A DNA stretch of 63,701 nucleotides, filler included, from Octopus bimaculoides (lineage: Eukaryota), in assembly GCF_001194135.2 (NCBI RefSeq). It is 5 parts of 5 records of this genome, joined end to end, with 100 filler letters (N's around TTAATTAATTAA, not from the genome) between each part and the next. Parts side by side here need not be neighbours in the genome. Positions count along the whole stretch, not along the records: positions 24,004 to 52,020 come from NC_068998.1; 4 more parts are not named here. The stretch is one strand, 5' to 3'. Positions 35,977 to 48,608 of this stretch are shown here, piece after piece. Below the pieces are notes generated by a model that ran no database searches, was not told the origin of the DNA, and worked only from the letters and a program-made list of their open reading frames with translations. Position numbers and translations under genes: made by a program. Every line of letters begins with the position of its first letter. The stretch's first letter is position 1.

Positions 35977-36895
35977 NNNNNNNNNNNNNNNNNNNNNNNN
36001 NNNNNNNNNNNNNNNNNNNNNNNNNNNNNNNNNNNNNNNNNNNNNNNNNNNNNNNNNNNNNNNNNNNNNNNNNNNNNNNNNNNNNNNNNNNNNNNNNNNN
36101 NNNNNNNNNNNNNNNNNNNNNNNNNNNNNNNNNNNNATATATATATATATGCATGTATATATACATATGTATATATGTGTGTATGTATGTTTGTATATAT
36201 GTGTGTGCATGTACACTTACACGGTAAAATTTGGTAATTTTCTTTGTCAGTATTATAAAATATTCTCTCTAATTCGCTCTATACAAAAAAGTATTTCCGG
36301 TATAACTACGGAACATTTTCCCATGTAGCAACACTATATTATAATGTCTTGAAAACTGGACATTTACAAATCCTTAAACTGAATTTGTCGATTCTGATTT
36401 TCGGATCTAGAAAAAGCTCAGGATTTGAGAAACGTAGAAATATACTTCAAAAGAGATCGCAGGAAATATTAACAGTAGTTGAAACAGCATTTAAACAGAC
36501 ACATGCGCACAAACATACAAAGGCAAGGAAATACATGCACATATATATGCTTACGGATTGAAATGTAAAAATATAGAGACGACAGATTTTACTTGTCTTT
36601 CATTGTTGGTAATTTAACAGTTTCTATTGTTAGTTATTCTTGGATACATATTAAATTGGTGAATCTAAGAATAACTGAATATTTAACTAAAATCGATTTT
36701 GCGTGAACCCATTTATAAATCAATATATATATATTATTCATGCACATCTGTTCGCATACACACACTCACACAAACACAAACACACACTCACACAAACACA
36801 AACACACACATACATGCGCGTGTGTATATGAATATACACGTATATACTCATATATTTACATCTGAATATATGCTTATCATATTTATATTTACATT

Positions 36896-37102
36896 AAACC
36901 GGCGAGCTGGCAGAATCGTTAGCATGCCGGGAAAAAGTTTTAGCAGCATTTCGTCCGTCTTTACGTTCTGCGTTCAAATTCTGCCTTTCATCCTTTCGGG
37001 GTTGATAAATTAAGTACCAGTGAAACACTGAGGACTATATAATCGACTAGTCCCTCCCCCAAAATTCAGGCTTTGTGCCGTTTGTAGCAAGGACATTATT
37101 AT
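36896..37102 (+). mobile_element. SINE family A, short form
   Basis: GGCGAGCTGGCAGAATCGTTAGCATGCCGGG...GCGTTCAAATTC...GCCTTTCATCCTTTCGGGGTTGATAAATTAAGTACCAG. Confidence 0.9.
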
Positions 37103-37391
37103 TTACCAGTGTGTATACAATACGCGTATATATGTGTGTGTATGTACACATGTATATACATACATACATACATACATATATATATATATATANNNNNNNN
37201 NNNNNNNNNNNNNNNNNNNNNNNNNNNNNNNNNNNNNNNNNNNNNNNNNNNNNNNNNNNNNNNNNNNNNNNNNNNNNNNNNNNNNNNNNNNNNNNNNNNN
37301 NNNNNNNNNNNNNNNNNNNNNNNNNNNNNNNNNNNNNNNNNNNNNNNNNNNNNNNNNNNNNNNNNNNNNNNNNNNNNNNNNNNNNNNNNNN

Positions 37392-37503
37392 AGTACAATA
37401 AATAAGTATAATATAATGCAAAGTAAATATCATAAGATCAAGATAATATTATCTTGATCTTATGATATTTACTTTGCATCATATTATACTTATTTATTGT
37501 ACT
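37392..37503. repeat. 112-bp spacerless palindrome at a contig start
   Basis: 56-bp arms, centre GATAAT|ATTATC, one mismatch. Confidence 0.95.
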
Positions 37504-37714
37504 TTTAATTATAATTTTTTCTATATGTGACAGTGTATTTTCATCGATGAGTTCATAGACCTTGGTTCTTTTCCCTAATACTATATATTAATATATTTTA
37601 TACTGTGAAGCTTAATTTAATTTTAATTTTTAATAAATTGATTTTAATTGGGTTTTTACCTGTTATTTTGGATTTTATCCCTAATATTATATATATATAT
37701 ATGCAAACATACAC

Positions 37715-37752
<38 letters not shown>

Positions 37753-37879
37753 GGAGACATCAGGTTCCTCCACCCACGCGGAAAAGGCCCCTGTTCTCAA
37801 TATTTTCATTTTTTCCTTTTTTCTTTGTCTTTGGCAAAGATTGGATCTTGAAACCAGTTTGCGTCAGAGCTGTGCAGAT

Positions 37880-38462
37880 AAACTTGTAAGACGGATCTCT
37901 ATGTTCTCTTTGTTCACTCTTTGGTTTCTTCCCGCGAGATAGTAACCATGTCATTTCTCTTCTTATTGGATCATTGTACTCCATTCTTAGGGCATCCTGC
38001 CATTCTTCTTCCCCGGATGACAAGTTTCAGGCATGTGACTTTGGTTCCTCGAGGTACCACCTCATCTATTGTCTTGTCTAATGCCATGTAATGCCCTGGA
38101 TTTTTCTGAAACAACTTTGTTGGGAAGTATCATGTCGCTTTTCAATTCTGGCGTCTTTGATTCATTAGTTTAGTTTGCTTTGTGATGTGAGCCTCTTTGA
38201 TTGTCAGATTGAAGTTGGTTAGCTACCTCAGAGCCTTTAGCTATTCTTTGTATCACGCCAGATTCAGCGTTGCCATCTGTTGTCTGAACGCTACTAAGAT
38301 ATATTGAAGCGTTGAACCTCTTCCATCGTTTTCCATTGATTAACATTTCATTTGCTTCACTGCAGGCAATTTTTTGTATCTATGTTTTTGATATATTTAC
38401 TTTCAAGCTAACTTTTTCAGTTGCCTCAACCAGGGCATCTCTCATAGTCTGCATTTCTGTGC
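37880..38462 (-). mobile_element. Decayed RTE LINE (RT C-terminal region)
   Basis: Minus strand: EMQTMRDALVEATEKVSLK, INGKRWKRFNASIYLSSVQTTDGNAESGVIQRIAK (approx. F.YLGS.IT.DG....V..RI.KA), QQSCFRKIQGITW, ALRME...TWL.SRGKKP. Confidence 0.78.
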
Positions 38463-38471
38463 AATAACTGG

Positions 38472-38505
<34 letters not shown>

Positions 38506-38619
38506 NNNNNNNNNNNNNNNNNNNNNNNNNNNNNNNNNNNNNNNNNNNNNNNNNNNNNNNNNNNNNNNNNNNNNNNNNNNNNNNNNNNNNNNNNNNNNNN
38601 NNNNNNNNNNNNNNNNNNN

Positions 38620-38743
38620 GTAGCACCGCCTTTAGTCGAACAAATCGACCGTCAGGACGTATTCTTTATAAGCGTAGTACTTATTCTATCGGTCTCTTTT
38701 GCCGAACCGCTAAGTTACGGAGCCATAAACACACCAGCATCGG

Positions 38744-38775
<32 letters not shown>

Positions 38776-38947
38776 CACACGCACACACACACGCACACAC
38801 ATATATATACGACAGACTTTCAGTTTCCATCTACCAAATCCACTCACAAGGCTATAATAGAAGACACTTGCCCATGGTGCCTCGCAGTGGGACTGAACCT
38901 GGAGCTATGCGGTTGGTAAGCAAGCTACTTACCACACAGCCACTCCT
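38620..38947 (-). mobile_element. SINE family B, near full length
   Basis: GCACCGCCTTTAGTCGAAC...GTGGGACTGAACC...CTACTTACCACACAGCCACTCCT. Confidence 0.92.
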
Positions 38948-39095
38948 AATATTTTTTATTGATATTTAGCAGAAATAACAGAGTGACTCAATGTCCTAGA
39001 GTTTCGTGCGTTGGCATTTATCAAATTTTTATAAGTGCATGATAACGCCTGAATCTCTCGGATCTTGAGTCCCTCTGTTACCTCTGCTATATACT

Positions 39096-39127
<32 letters not shown>

Positions 39128-39221
39128 TGTATGTATGTATGTATGTATGTATGTATGTATTTATTTGTGCGTACATGTATGTATGATTATTCCATATTAA
39201 TTAGAATGTCAATCAACCACC

Positions 39222-39438
39222 CGATAGCGAGCTGGCCGAATCCTTAACGTGCCTAACAAAATTCCTAGTAGTATTTCTTCCGGTTCTTTAAGTGCTGTGA
39301 TTATATGTTGTTGAGGTCGGCAGGTCGTTTATCCTTTCGGGATCGATAAAATAAATATTGGCTGAACATTGGGATCGGCCGAATCGATTCCGCCACCCTC
39401 AAAATCGCTGGCCCTGTGCCAAAAGTTGAAAGAATGTT
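39222..39438 (+). mobile_element. Old SINE family A copy
   Basis: GCGAGCTGGCCGAATCC...TTATCCTTTCGGGATCGATAAAATAA...GGCCCTGTGCCAAAAGTTGAAAG. Confidence 0.7.
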
Positions 39439-40511
39439 AGTAAATATGTTTTCATTATCCCATCAAGAAGGTACGTTTATTATGACATCTCAGTTTATAT
39501 TGAGAATTTTCGCAATAGTGTTTTTCTTAAAGTATAATTTAATGTATTAACTTACACGCTGTTAAAGAAACGTTCTTGGCCATAGTCCATTATTTTAAGT
39601 GCAGGTAGGAATATTGCCAAATATTTCTAATAATAATTTCTTTTTATTTTCGGAATATTAAGCAAAAAATCAATTAAAGTTAACTATTGTTTCTGTTAAT
39701 ATTTGTATTATCGAGCGAAATGTTTCTATGCAAAAATAAGTTCCCTAATATCAATACTCTTATTTCTCCCTTTCTGCTTGTAATTGTATTGATTCAAATA
39801 AATACCTCTTAAATGGTAATTAACTCTCGAAAACTGTATTTTGAACTATCTAGTGAGACATTTGCTTAATTAAAAAACGACTTCAAGAAATGGTTTTACA
39901 AGTGTAAGATGTGTTTTGTAAGCATGTAGCGTAAACAATTTTCGACACGTACGTCAAAGTATATTTGGTTTATGAAAGAATCCAGTCTCACTGCATTTAA
40001 AATTCAGTATAGTATTTCGTTCAAATCAGGCTCTACCGGTTACACTGCTGTAGTAATCGGTGTTCAATTTCCACGTTTTCATTCGCTTTCATCAATCACA
40101 TGTATTAAACAGAAGTAACAAACTTTTAAGTTCTTGCAGAAACGCTTCTTGTAATACATGATTATAATAATACACTTGATTAGAAGTAGTTATTCCCATG
40201 GGATTAAACAATTATCATTTATCACCATTCACCCTTCCTAAATTGAAGATTTTATATTGTTGGTCTTATTATTTTTAAATTTCGGTATTATTTCCCTTTC
40301 ACGGCTTAGTTATTTTCCACACACCGACGCATTTTCTTTCAAGTAAAGGGGTTTAAATAATTAATTTTAAACCGCATTTCCTTTCATTTATGCCCGATAA
40401 TTTTTCTTTTTCTTGTATTTGATTTTTGTTCCAGTTCTTATATTTGTACATGCACTTTTGCTTGCCTATTAATCCATCGATTTATTCTTGATTTCATGTA
40501 CATGTTTTCGC

Positions 40512-40600
40512 ACAGATGTACCTGAGTGGTTAAGAAGCTTGCCTCCCAGGTATGTGACCACAGGTTCAGTCCTACCGTGCAGCATCTTGGGCAACATTTT
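40512..40600 (+). mobile_element. SINE family B head fragment
   Basis: GAGTGGTTAAGAAGCTTGCCTCCC...AGGTTCAGTCC...CATCTTGGGCAA. Confidence 0.7.
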
Positions 40601-40640
40601 GACAAAGCATTCAACCGGACAGCCAAAGAAGTACTCATCA

Positions 40641-40740
40641 GATCGTGATATGCTCATACGCGTCTGGAAGGAATTCTCTTATCGCATTGATGTTTCCCGT
40701 GCTGCAAGTGGTGGCCACATTGAACAGGAAATAAAAGTTG
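40641..40740 (+). mobile_element. Tc1/mariner (maT-like) transposase C-terminal fragment
   Basis: DRDMLIRVWKEFSYRIDVSRAASGGHIEQ matches the C-terminal pattern DML.RVW.E..YR.DV.RA..G.HIE. Confidence 0.65.
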
Positions 40741-40828
40741 ATTGTGAGTAAATACTTGTGACTTAGCTGGAGTTTTCTATTGCTTTTCCTTCACACACAC
40801 ATACACCACACAAAAACACATATAAGCA

Positions 40829-40863
<35 letters not shown>

Positions 40864-40915
40864 ATACACCACACACATTGTAGCTAGTTTGGAATAGTAG
40901 ACGTCTGAAATTCAT

Positions 40916-40956
40916 CATCAACGTTTCTAAACAATCTTAGCCTTGCCTTCAGGACG
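40916..40956 (-). ncRNA. Degenerate hammerhead-like motif at the 3' end of the Penelope remnant
   Basis: Minus strand: CGTC-CTGAAGG-...-GAAAC-GTT-GATG. Stem I CGTC/GATG pairs fully and AACGTT is a palindrome. A9->G, and stem II is weak. Confidence 0.35.
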
Positions 40957-40999
40957 AAGTGAAAGTTGTCGTATTTTGCTGCGTCTTTACAGTAGCCGC

Positions 41000-41615
41000 G
41001 GCCAATATCAATATGTGCAGACATTATCACTGAAATTCGAAATTATTGACACTGAGATGTATAGGTCATCGTTTATGTGTTTACTTTTGTTTGTGAGATG
41101 CCATGCTGTCTCTGCTCTCAGTGTCGCATTGTGTTATGAAAACTGCTCCCATCATTAATCGTCCATGTTTTCATGAATCCTGTTGAATACAGAAATGTTG
41201 TCCAATACATTAAACTATGTAGGTTTGTTGTCCACAAGTGTTTTTCACTCTAGTTGTAATTTTTTTGTGATGTACTGCTTACCAATTTCTTATTGTAAGC
41301 GCATAGTGTGGCAACGGGGGGGGGGGGGTCATACCTGTATGGCTAAATTCCGGTAGCAGTCGTGGAATGTAAAACTTTTACATTTGCCATTGGCTATATA
41401 AATCACATTGGTTATTACTAGCTTCATTGCAAGTTTATACCCTTTGGGGTTTGTAGTCAAAAAAGTTTTTAATTTCAGCGTGTTTGTAGTAAATTTTATG
41501 GCTTCGTATAATGCATTCTATGTTCACTTTTCTGGCGTTTTTGATGTCCTCATCAATTACATACATTGTGTATGTATGGGTGTGTGTGCGTGTGTGTGAT
41601 ATATATTTACGTATA

Positions 41616-41655
<40 letters not shown>

Positions 41656-42420
41656 TCATAAAATAAGCTTTATGTCTGTTCTGTGTATTTTTAATAAATA
41701 TGGTGTCTGATGTATTTGTTTCGGCGTTTTTATGATTATTGTTCTATGATTTATTTCATTACTTTGTTGAAATACCTGCTGTTGGCTAAAATTTGTTTAA
41801 ATTCTATATGTTTTTTTTTTATCTAATGGTTGGTTTGTAGAGAAGCTAAATGCTCTTCTAACCCGGATTGGACCAATAATATTTTGCTTATGTGTGAACG
41901 TTCGCAATCAACTGTATGTATATGCATATATTTAGTTTTTTTCTTGAAGAATCTCGTGATATATCTATTATTTTCTTCCCGAATGATTGTCTATAAACAA
42001 TTCATTGTCTATGTAAAAGTTGTATGTGTAGTCTAGAATTTGATTTACGGTACTGAGTTGTTTGCTAGAACTCTCTGTAATTTCTTAACGACTTCCGATG
42101 CGTTGACTACGAAGTGTACATCGTCCAATAACTGGTATTTGTTATGTTTTTGTCACGTACCTATATATGTTCTATTGCAACTAGATAGAAAACTGCAAAT
42201 GAGGATCTTATTGAAGTACCCATGGCTACTCCATCTTTTCATTTTTATAATATACTTCGCTTGACAGTGAAATGGCACATTAATAACGTTTTCAGTATCT
42301 AAGCTTCAGTAATTTAGTTGATACCGTGGATAGATTAATTCTTCAGGCACTGGAACTTACATAAACAGACTTCCTACGTCTTAAGTGACAATGATATCTA
42401 CTATGTTTTTTCTACAGTCT
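41000..42420 (-). mobile_element. Decayed Penelope-like retroelement RT (a different lineage from 8100-9060)
   Basis: Minus strand: S*DVGSLFM*VPVPE (SFDV.SLFTNVP), KDGVAMGTSIRSSFAVFYLVAIEH (DGVAMGSP...LA..Y....E), LDDVHFVV (YVDD), YITRFFKKKT, IDEDIKNARKV. Interrupted by a (TA)n tract. Confidence 0.82.
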
Positions 42421-42608
42421 CAAACAGCCCTTCAGATATTAGTATATCATATCCCTCCTTTGTGTATTGTTTAATAATGTAATCTAATTGTTTGACGACT
42501 TTGTGTATTGATGCATTCATTTGGGATATATATCGGAGGAGATTGCAGAATTCCATACATATGTGATCAATCTCTTTTTGGAGAGTAAAATTATCGGTTC
42601 AGTGTTTG

Positions 42609-42897
42609 GGGCATACGGCTCATGTTCGTAAGGTCATGAGTTCGATTCCCAGCGGCGCGTTGACTGTTGAGGAAGACACTTTATTTGAAGTTGGTCCAGT
42701 CCGCCTAGCTGGCAAAAATGTTTAGCTCCTGTATTTTAAACGATCAGCCTTGTCACATTCTGAATCTCCCTGGGAACTACATTAAGGGTATGCCCGTCTG
42801 TGGAGTGCTCAGCCACTTGCACATTAATTTCACAAGCAGGCTGTTCCGTTGATAGGGTTAACTGGAACACTCAGCGTCGTAATCTACGGAGTGCCAG
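42609..42897 (+). mobile_element. SINE family D
   Basis: B box GAGTTCGATTCCC, E-type core, C-type 3' module ending CGTCGTAATCTACGGAGTGCC. Confidence 0.88.
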
Positions 42898-42942
42898 TAG
42901 TAGAAGTAGAAGTAGTTGTAATAGTAGTAGTAGTAGTAGTAG

Positions 42943-43008
<66 letters not shown>

Positions 43009-43020
43009 TAGTAGTAGTAA
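42897..43020. repeat. (AGT)n-(AGC)n-(AGT)n tail microsatellite
   Basis: Direct reading. It starts at the SINE D 3' end. Confidence 0.95.
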
Positions 43021-44238
43021 CAACTAGTGCATTCAAATCAACATTAGGGATTCATATTTCTGAATCCATATAAATTTGTTCTTGTCGTTAAGTGGATTGT
43101 TAATTTTTGCCGCCATTTTTATTCATTATTGCCCTCCCCCCCCCCTTACTTATTTTAATATCGTCATCATTCTTTAAAGAATGCATGACTTCTTTTCGTA
43201 TCGCTTTAAGCATTTGTTTATTCCTATGCATTTATAACAAACCACATACATACATACATACATACATACATACATACCAATAGCCTGTTAATATTGTTTA
43301 AATTCCAATGAAGGAGACTTGGATCTAGATTAGAAAGACCTCCACTGGCACAAAATCTTGAAATAGAACTAAATAATGATATACATACATATATGTATAC
43401 AAACATATTACTACATGTACCTAGAGACATATAAGGATACATACATATATATNNNNNNNNNNNNNNNNNNNNNNNNNNNNNNNNNNNNNNNNNNNNNNNN
43501 NNNNNNNNNNNNNNNNNNNNNNNNNNNNNNNNNNNNNNNNNNNNNNNNNNNNNNNNNNNNNNNNNNNNNNNNNNNNNNNNNNNNNNNNNNNNNNNNNNNN
43601 NNNNNNNNNNNNNNNNNNNNNNNNNNNNNNNNNNNNNNNNNNNNNNNNNNNNNNNNNNNNNNNNNNNNNNNNNNNNNNNNNNNNNNNNNNNNNNNNNNNN
43701 NNNNNNNNNNNNNNNNNNNNNNNNNNNNNNNNNNNNNNNNNNNNNNNNNNNNNNNNNNNNNNNNNNNNNNNNNNNNNNNNNNNNNNNNNNNNNNNNNNNN
43801 NNNNNNNNNNNNNNNNNNNNNNNNNNNNNNNNNNNNNNNNNNNNNNNNNNNNNNNNNNNNNNNNNNNNNNNNNNNNNNNNNNNNNNNNNNNNNNNNNNNN
43901 NNNNNNNNNNNNNNNNNNNNNNNNNNNNNNNNNNNNNNNNNNNNNNNNNNNNNNNNNNNNNNNNNNNNNNNNNNNNNNNNNNNNNNNNNNNNNNNNNNNN
44001 NNNNNNNNNNNNNNNNNNNNNNNNNNNNNNNNNNNNNNNNNNNNNNNNNNNNNNNNNNNNNNNNNNNNNNNNNNNNNNNNNNNNNNNNNNNNNNNNNNNN
44101 NNNNNNNNNNNNNNNNNNNNNNNNNNNNNNNNNNNNNNNNNNNNNNNNNNNNNNNNNNNNNNNNNNNNNNNNNNNNNNNNNNNNNNNNTATATATATATT
44201 ATATATATATGTATCTTATAAATAAATAAATATATATA

Positions 44239-45137
44239 CGTGGTCTGATCAATAAGTATCCTGACTGTTGCTATAGTAACGAAGCTGAAGCACGCAAAGT
44301 AAAGCCGCTTGGCACAGATTGACCTTGATCTCTGCTATGCATGTGCACCAAGTTTTAATGTTCTAGCTCACTTCCGCTGTTTACAGCAGTGCTTGGAAGA
44401 AAAGTATGTAGCGTGTAATCGTCGCATTGAGGTTGACAGAGGCAGCTGAGCAGAGAATCTGCGTCAAATTTTGCCAAAAGCTTGTTGATGCCTGCTCAGA
44501 AGTCTATGCAAAGTTTTCAGAAAGTTTTCGTCGTTCTCGACACAATCAAGGAAATCTTGTGCAACTGAAACCCGAGTGTCCTTTTGGTCAGCTGAAAGCA
44601 GTTTTGACAGAAAGTTTGCTGACGCGCGTCTGGAACCCAAATCTTCAGTGATAATGAACTGGACTGAATCGTAACTAATCTGCACATCCTCTGATAACTC
44701 ACGGATGGTGATTTGACGACTTCCCCTCAGAGCTGCACGTACATCTGTGATGTTTTTTCTTGGTTCTGCTGGTTGCAGGTCTCCCAGAACGTTCGTCTAT
44801 ATCGACATTTTATCGGCCATCTTGCAAACGTCTGAGCCACTCATACACTTATGCGCAGCTCATACACTCCTCTCTATACACTTTCTGTAACTTTGCCCAG
44901 GCGTCTTAGCAGGCAGGTATCGCCCTGACAACTTTCTTTTCATGGTCAATGCGACGATCACACGCTACACACGTTCCTTCGAAGCATTGCTGTAAACAGT
45001 GGAAGTGAGCTAGAACATTAACATTTAGTGCACATACACAACAGAGTTTAAGGTCAATCTGTGCCGAACGGCTTTACTCTGCATGCATTAGCTCTGTCAC
45101 TATGGCAACATTCCTGCTACTTATTGATCAGACCTCC
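44239..45137 (-). mobile_element. Rearranged mariner made of two inverted 5' ends, TA target duplication
   Basis: TA|CGTGGTCTGATCAATAAGT...ACTTATTGATCAGACCTCC|TA. Arms 44239-44525 and 44880-45137 are inverted repeats. The minus strand encodes a mariner N-terminus (VYEWLRRLQDGR...ERSGRP...ITIRELSEDVQISYDSV...ANFLSKLL...NFLKT), and the plus strand of the left arm encodes EQRICVKFCQKL. There is no catalytic domain. Confidence 0.9.
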
Positions 45138-45256
45138 TATGAATGTATACATATGAAAAACAAAACAAGAATATTTGTACACAAAATATTTAATCACATC
45201 ATGAACATGATGCATTTGATGAACAAAAAAAACTTGTTCTGCTTTTCTGTATTATG

Positions 45257-45297
<41 letters not shown>

Positions 45298-45989
45298 NNN
45301 NNNNNNNNNNNNNNNNNNNNNNNNNNNNNNNNNNNNNNNNNNNNNNNNNNNNNNNNNNNNNNNNNNNNNNNNNNNNNNNNNNNNNNNNNNNNNNNNNNNN
45401 NNNNNNNNNNNNNNNNNNNNNNNNNNNNNNNNNNNNNNNNNNNNNNNNNNNNNNNNNNNNNNNNNNNNNNNNNNNNNNNNNNNNNNNNNNNNNNNNNNNN
45501 NNNNNNNNNNNNNNNNNNNNNNNNNNNNNNNNNNNNNNNNNNNNNNNNNNNNNNNNNNNNNNNNNNNNNNNNNNNNNNNNNNNNNNNNNNNNNNNNNNNN
45601 NNNNNNNNNNNNNNNNNNNNNNNNNNNNNNNNNNNNNNNNNNNNNNNNNNNNNNNNNNNNNNNNNNNNNNNNNNNNNNNNNNNNNNNNNNNNNNNNNNNN
45701 NNNNNNNNNNNNNNNNNNNNNNNNNNNNNNNNNNNNNNNNNNNNNNNNNNNNNNNNNNNNNNNNNNNNNNNNNNNNNNNNNNNNNNNNNNNNNNNNNNNN
45801 NNNNNNNNNNNNNNNNNNNNNNNNNNNNNNNNNNNNNNNNNNNNNNNNNNNNNNNNNNNNNCCCCACAAACACACCCAAACACGTAATAGGAAAATTTCG
45901 TTCTGTCTTAGCTTTCTAAAATACGTCTTTCTGAAATCAAGCATTTTTTTTTCATCTGACAGTAAACTATGCTTCCTCAATCCCGTTGA

Positions 45990-46159
45990 AATGACTGACT
46001 GATTGACTGACTGACTGACTAACTGACTGATTGACTGACTCACTGACTGACTCACTGACTGACTCACTCACTCACTCACTCACTCATCCACTTAATCTCT
46101 CGCTATATCAATGAATCAACCTATCTATCTATCTATCTATCTATATATCTATCTATCTA

Positions 46160-46196
<37 letters not shown>

Positions 46197-46199
46197 CTA

Positions 46200-46242
<43 letters not shown>

Positions 46243-46260
46243 CGCTAGCTAGCTATCCGT
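45990..46260. repeat. Compound tetranucleotide microsatellite (TGAC/TCAC/TATC/TC/TGTC)
   Basis: Direct reading. Confidence 0.95.
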
Positions 46261-46939
46261 CCATGCATTCATGCATGCATGCAACGATCCATCTTCCTGT
46301 CTTTCTGAATCGAAATACTTTCGCTCAATGTAAATCAGTTTGTCTGTCGATCTCTCTGTCGGTCTCACATATTGTGATATCACATTTCCTTCCAATATAT
46401 CAAAGAATATAAAAAAAAACAGTTGTTACCAAACACTTCCTTCGTCACTTTATCTCTTTCTCTCATTCCAATATTTCTTTGCATGGTACTCGCAGAACCA
46501 GATCAATTGATTACGTGTTCTATAACGTGACACACTAGGGACTCTGGCCTTTGGGGAATTTTGGCGCAAACAGTATTGTGGACCCTTGCTATTATCAAGG
46601 CCTTCGATCGTATCTGCTATAAAAATCTCCTAGCATTTGTACTTCTTATGAATTTCATCTATTTCTTTTCATTTGCAGTTGTTATTGCTAATTACATTCG
46701 AATCTATTGCAGATGATAAATATTTTCACATTTCCTTAACCAACTCTAAATTGGCAGCATCAATATGTGAATAGTATTCTTGCAATACATCTCAAAATAA
46801 AACTAGAAATCATATACCTCTAAAGACTTGATGAAAGTTTCATTTAACATAGGTTATTTTCTCATCTTGGCATTGCAACGGTGCTTAGGCTGGATATCAC
46901 CATTGGTGGACAGCTGGAGTTGAGTTCTAACTTAGAATA

Positions 46940-46990
46940 TCTTCCCAATGATATATCTTTCCAATGATATATATCTTTCCAATGATATAT
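46940..46990. repeat. 16-18-bp tandem repeat x3
   Basis: ATCTT(C/T)CCAATGATAT(AT) x3. Confidence 0.9.
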
Positions 46991-47838
46991 TAAACTGATC
47001 TTCTCTACTTAACAAAACTTTCCTACGTGTTCACGTCGCTGTATTAGTACACAGAGAGTGGATGTGAAAATAAGATGAGAAAGTGTGAGCTCTGCGCTAT
47101 AAACGTTCCTACTGCTCACTCAGAATGTAAAATCTATATTTCGTTACTGGAGTTCACTTCTGCATTTTGTTCGACATCCAAGTTACGTGTGTTCCGACAC
47201 TCACCGGTTCACTTGATCGGCAATATTGCAGTGTCTCCTGAAATTTAATAGAAAACTGTGAGACTACGGCCGTGTATGCACTTCCACTAAGTGGCTACTG
47301 GAAGAAAATTATACTTACGATGAATCTTCATTAATGAATCGCATTTTAAGGGACTCATTCTGTAGTTTAAACCAACTCAATTCATTCCGGGTGTGTTTTG
47401 CCGACACACATACCAGAAGATGGTACATTGCAGCACACAATTACTAAATTCAGTCCGCTACATCTTCCCTATCCTCGGCTGTATCCATGTTTAAGTTACA
47501 TTTCCAACATTCTTCATTCTGTCCATAAAGGAACTTGCTGTTACTCATAACTACACGCGTATCTCTGCAGCTGTTATATATTTTCACATGCCCTTTCTGT
47601 ACATTGGCGGCATCGTCTAATTGAATATAAATCTACCACTAAATTCCAAAACATAAAACTAGAAATCATATACTAATAGAAACATATCTTCATTCAACAA
47701 CAGAAAGCACAATCGTTAATCGTATCGAGAAAATAGCCTTACGCTATATACTTCTTATTTACAAGTGAACAATGGAGATGAAATCTTCATAATTTTTACA
47801 AATGTTAAGCCACAGTATCATTATAGCCTTCATGATGG

Positions 47839-47893
<55 letters not shown>

Positions 47894-48079
47894 ATGTGTG
47901 TGTATATATAAATATGCATATTTTCCACATCACAATAGATAATATGAATTACAAAATTTACGCTTACTTGACTGATTCAGAAATTATTACAACTCTAATC
48001 AATTTTTAAACTTCTACAAAACTTGCGTGTGATCCTCTACAAAAAGAATACTGTTCATATATCAGGAAGAACGAAGAAG

Positions 48080-48252
48080 CCTTTACATGGTCACTCGACA
48101 TTAAGTATACAAGTAGCAGCCTATCTGCACTCAGATTACACCCTACCCTCTTAGAAATCGGCAAGTTGGATAACGTGATGATGGATTAGCAACAAATCGG
48201 GAAAACAAAAGCGAAGCGGGATAATCATGGCTGAAATATTTATGACTGTCGA
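48080..48252 (+). mobile_element. Interspersed repeat family G (with 58115-58230)
   Basis: Both loci share CCCTACC.TCTTAG.AA...GGATAACGT...TCA.GG.TG..AAAT..ATGACTG. Confidence 0.5.
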
Positions 48253-48312
48253 TCAGCTTAGTCAGATAAACAATAACACACACATATATATGTATATGTA
48301 TATATATTTAGA

Positions 48313-48505
48313 CACAAGGAGGTAGTGAAAAGTTGACGATCAATTAATCAAGATTTTATTTAACGTGTTCCCTTCTCAGATTCACACACTTATTGCAGTG
48401 GCCCTTCAGTTTCCTAAGCCCAGTAAAAAAACTCGGAATGTTTGGCCTCTAACCAGGTCTTTCGCGAGACACTCAAACTTAGGAACTCTACAGCATCCTC
48501 TCGTG
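48313..48505 (-). mobile_element. Short mariner-derived MITE
   Basis: Imperfect TIRs CACAAGGAGGTAGTGAAAAGTT and reverse-complement CACGAGAGGATGCTGTAGAGTT. The minus strand gives WLEAKHSEFF/FTGLRKLKGHCNKCVNLRREHVK*, matching the mariner C-terminus FF..G..KL..R..KCV...G.YV. Confidence 0.7.
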
Positions 48506-48540
48506 TATATATACATGCATACATATACATACATGCATAG

Positions 48541-48608
<68 letters not shown>

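Noticed and set aside
47330-47620. Possible RTE remnant on the minus strand (ITAAEIR...SFMDRMKN)
   Set aside because: Motif similarity is too weak to distinguish from chance without a profile search.
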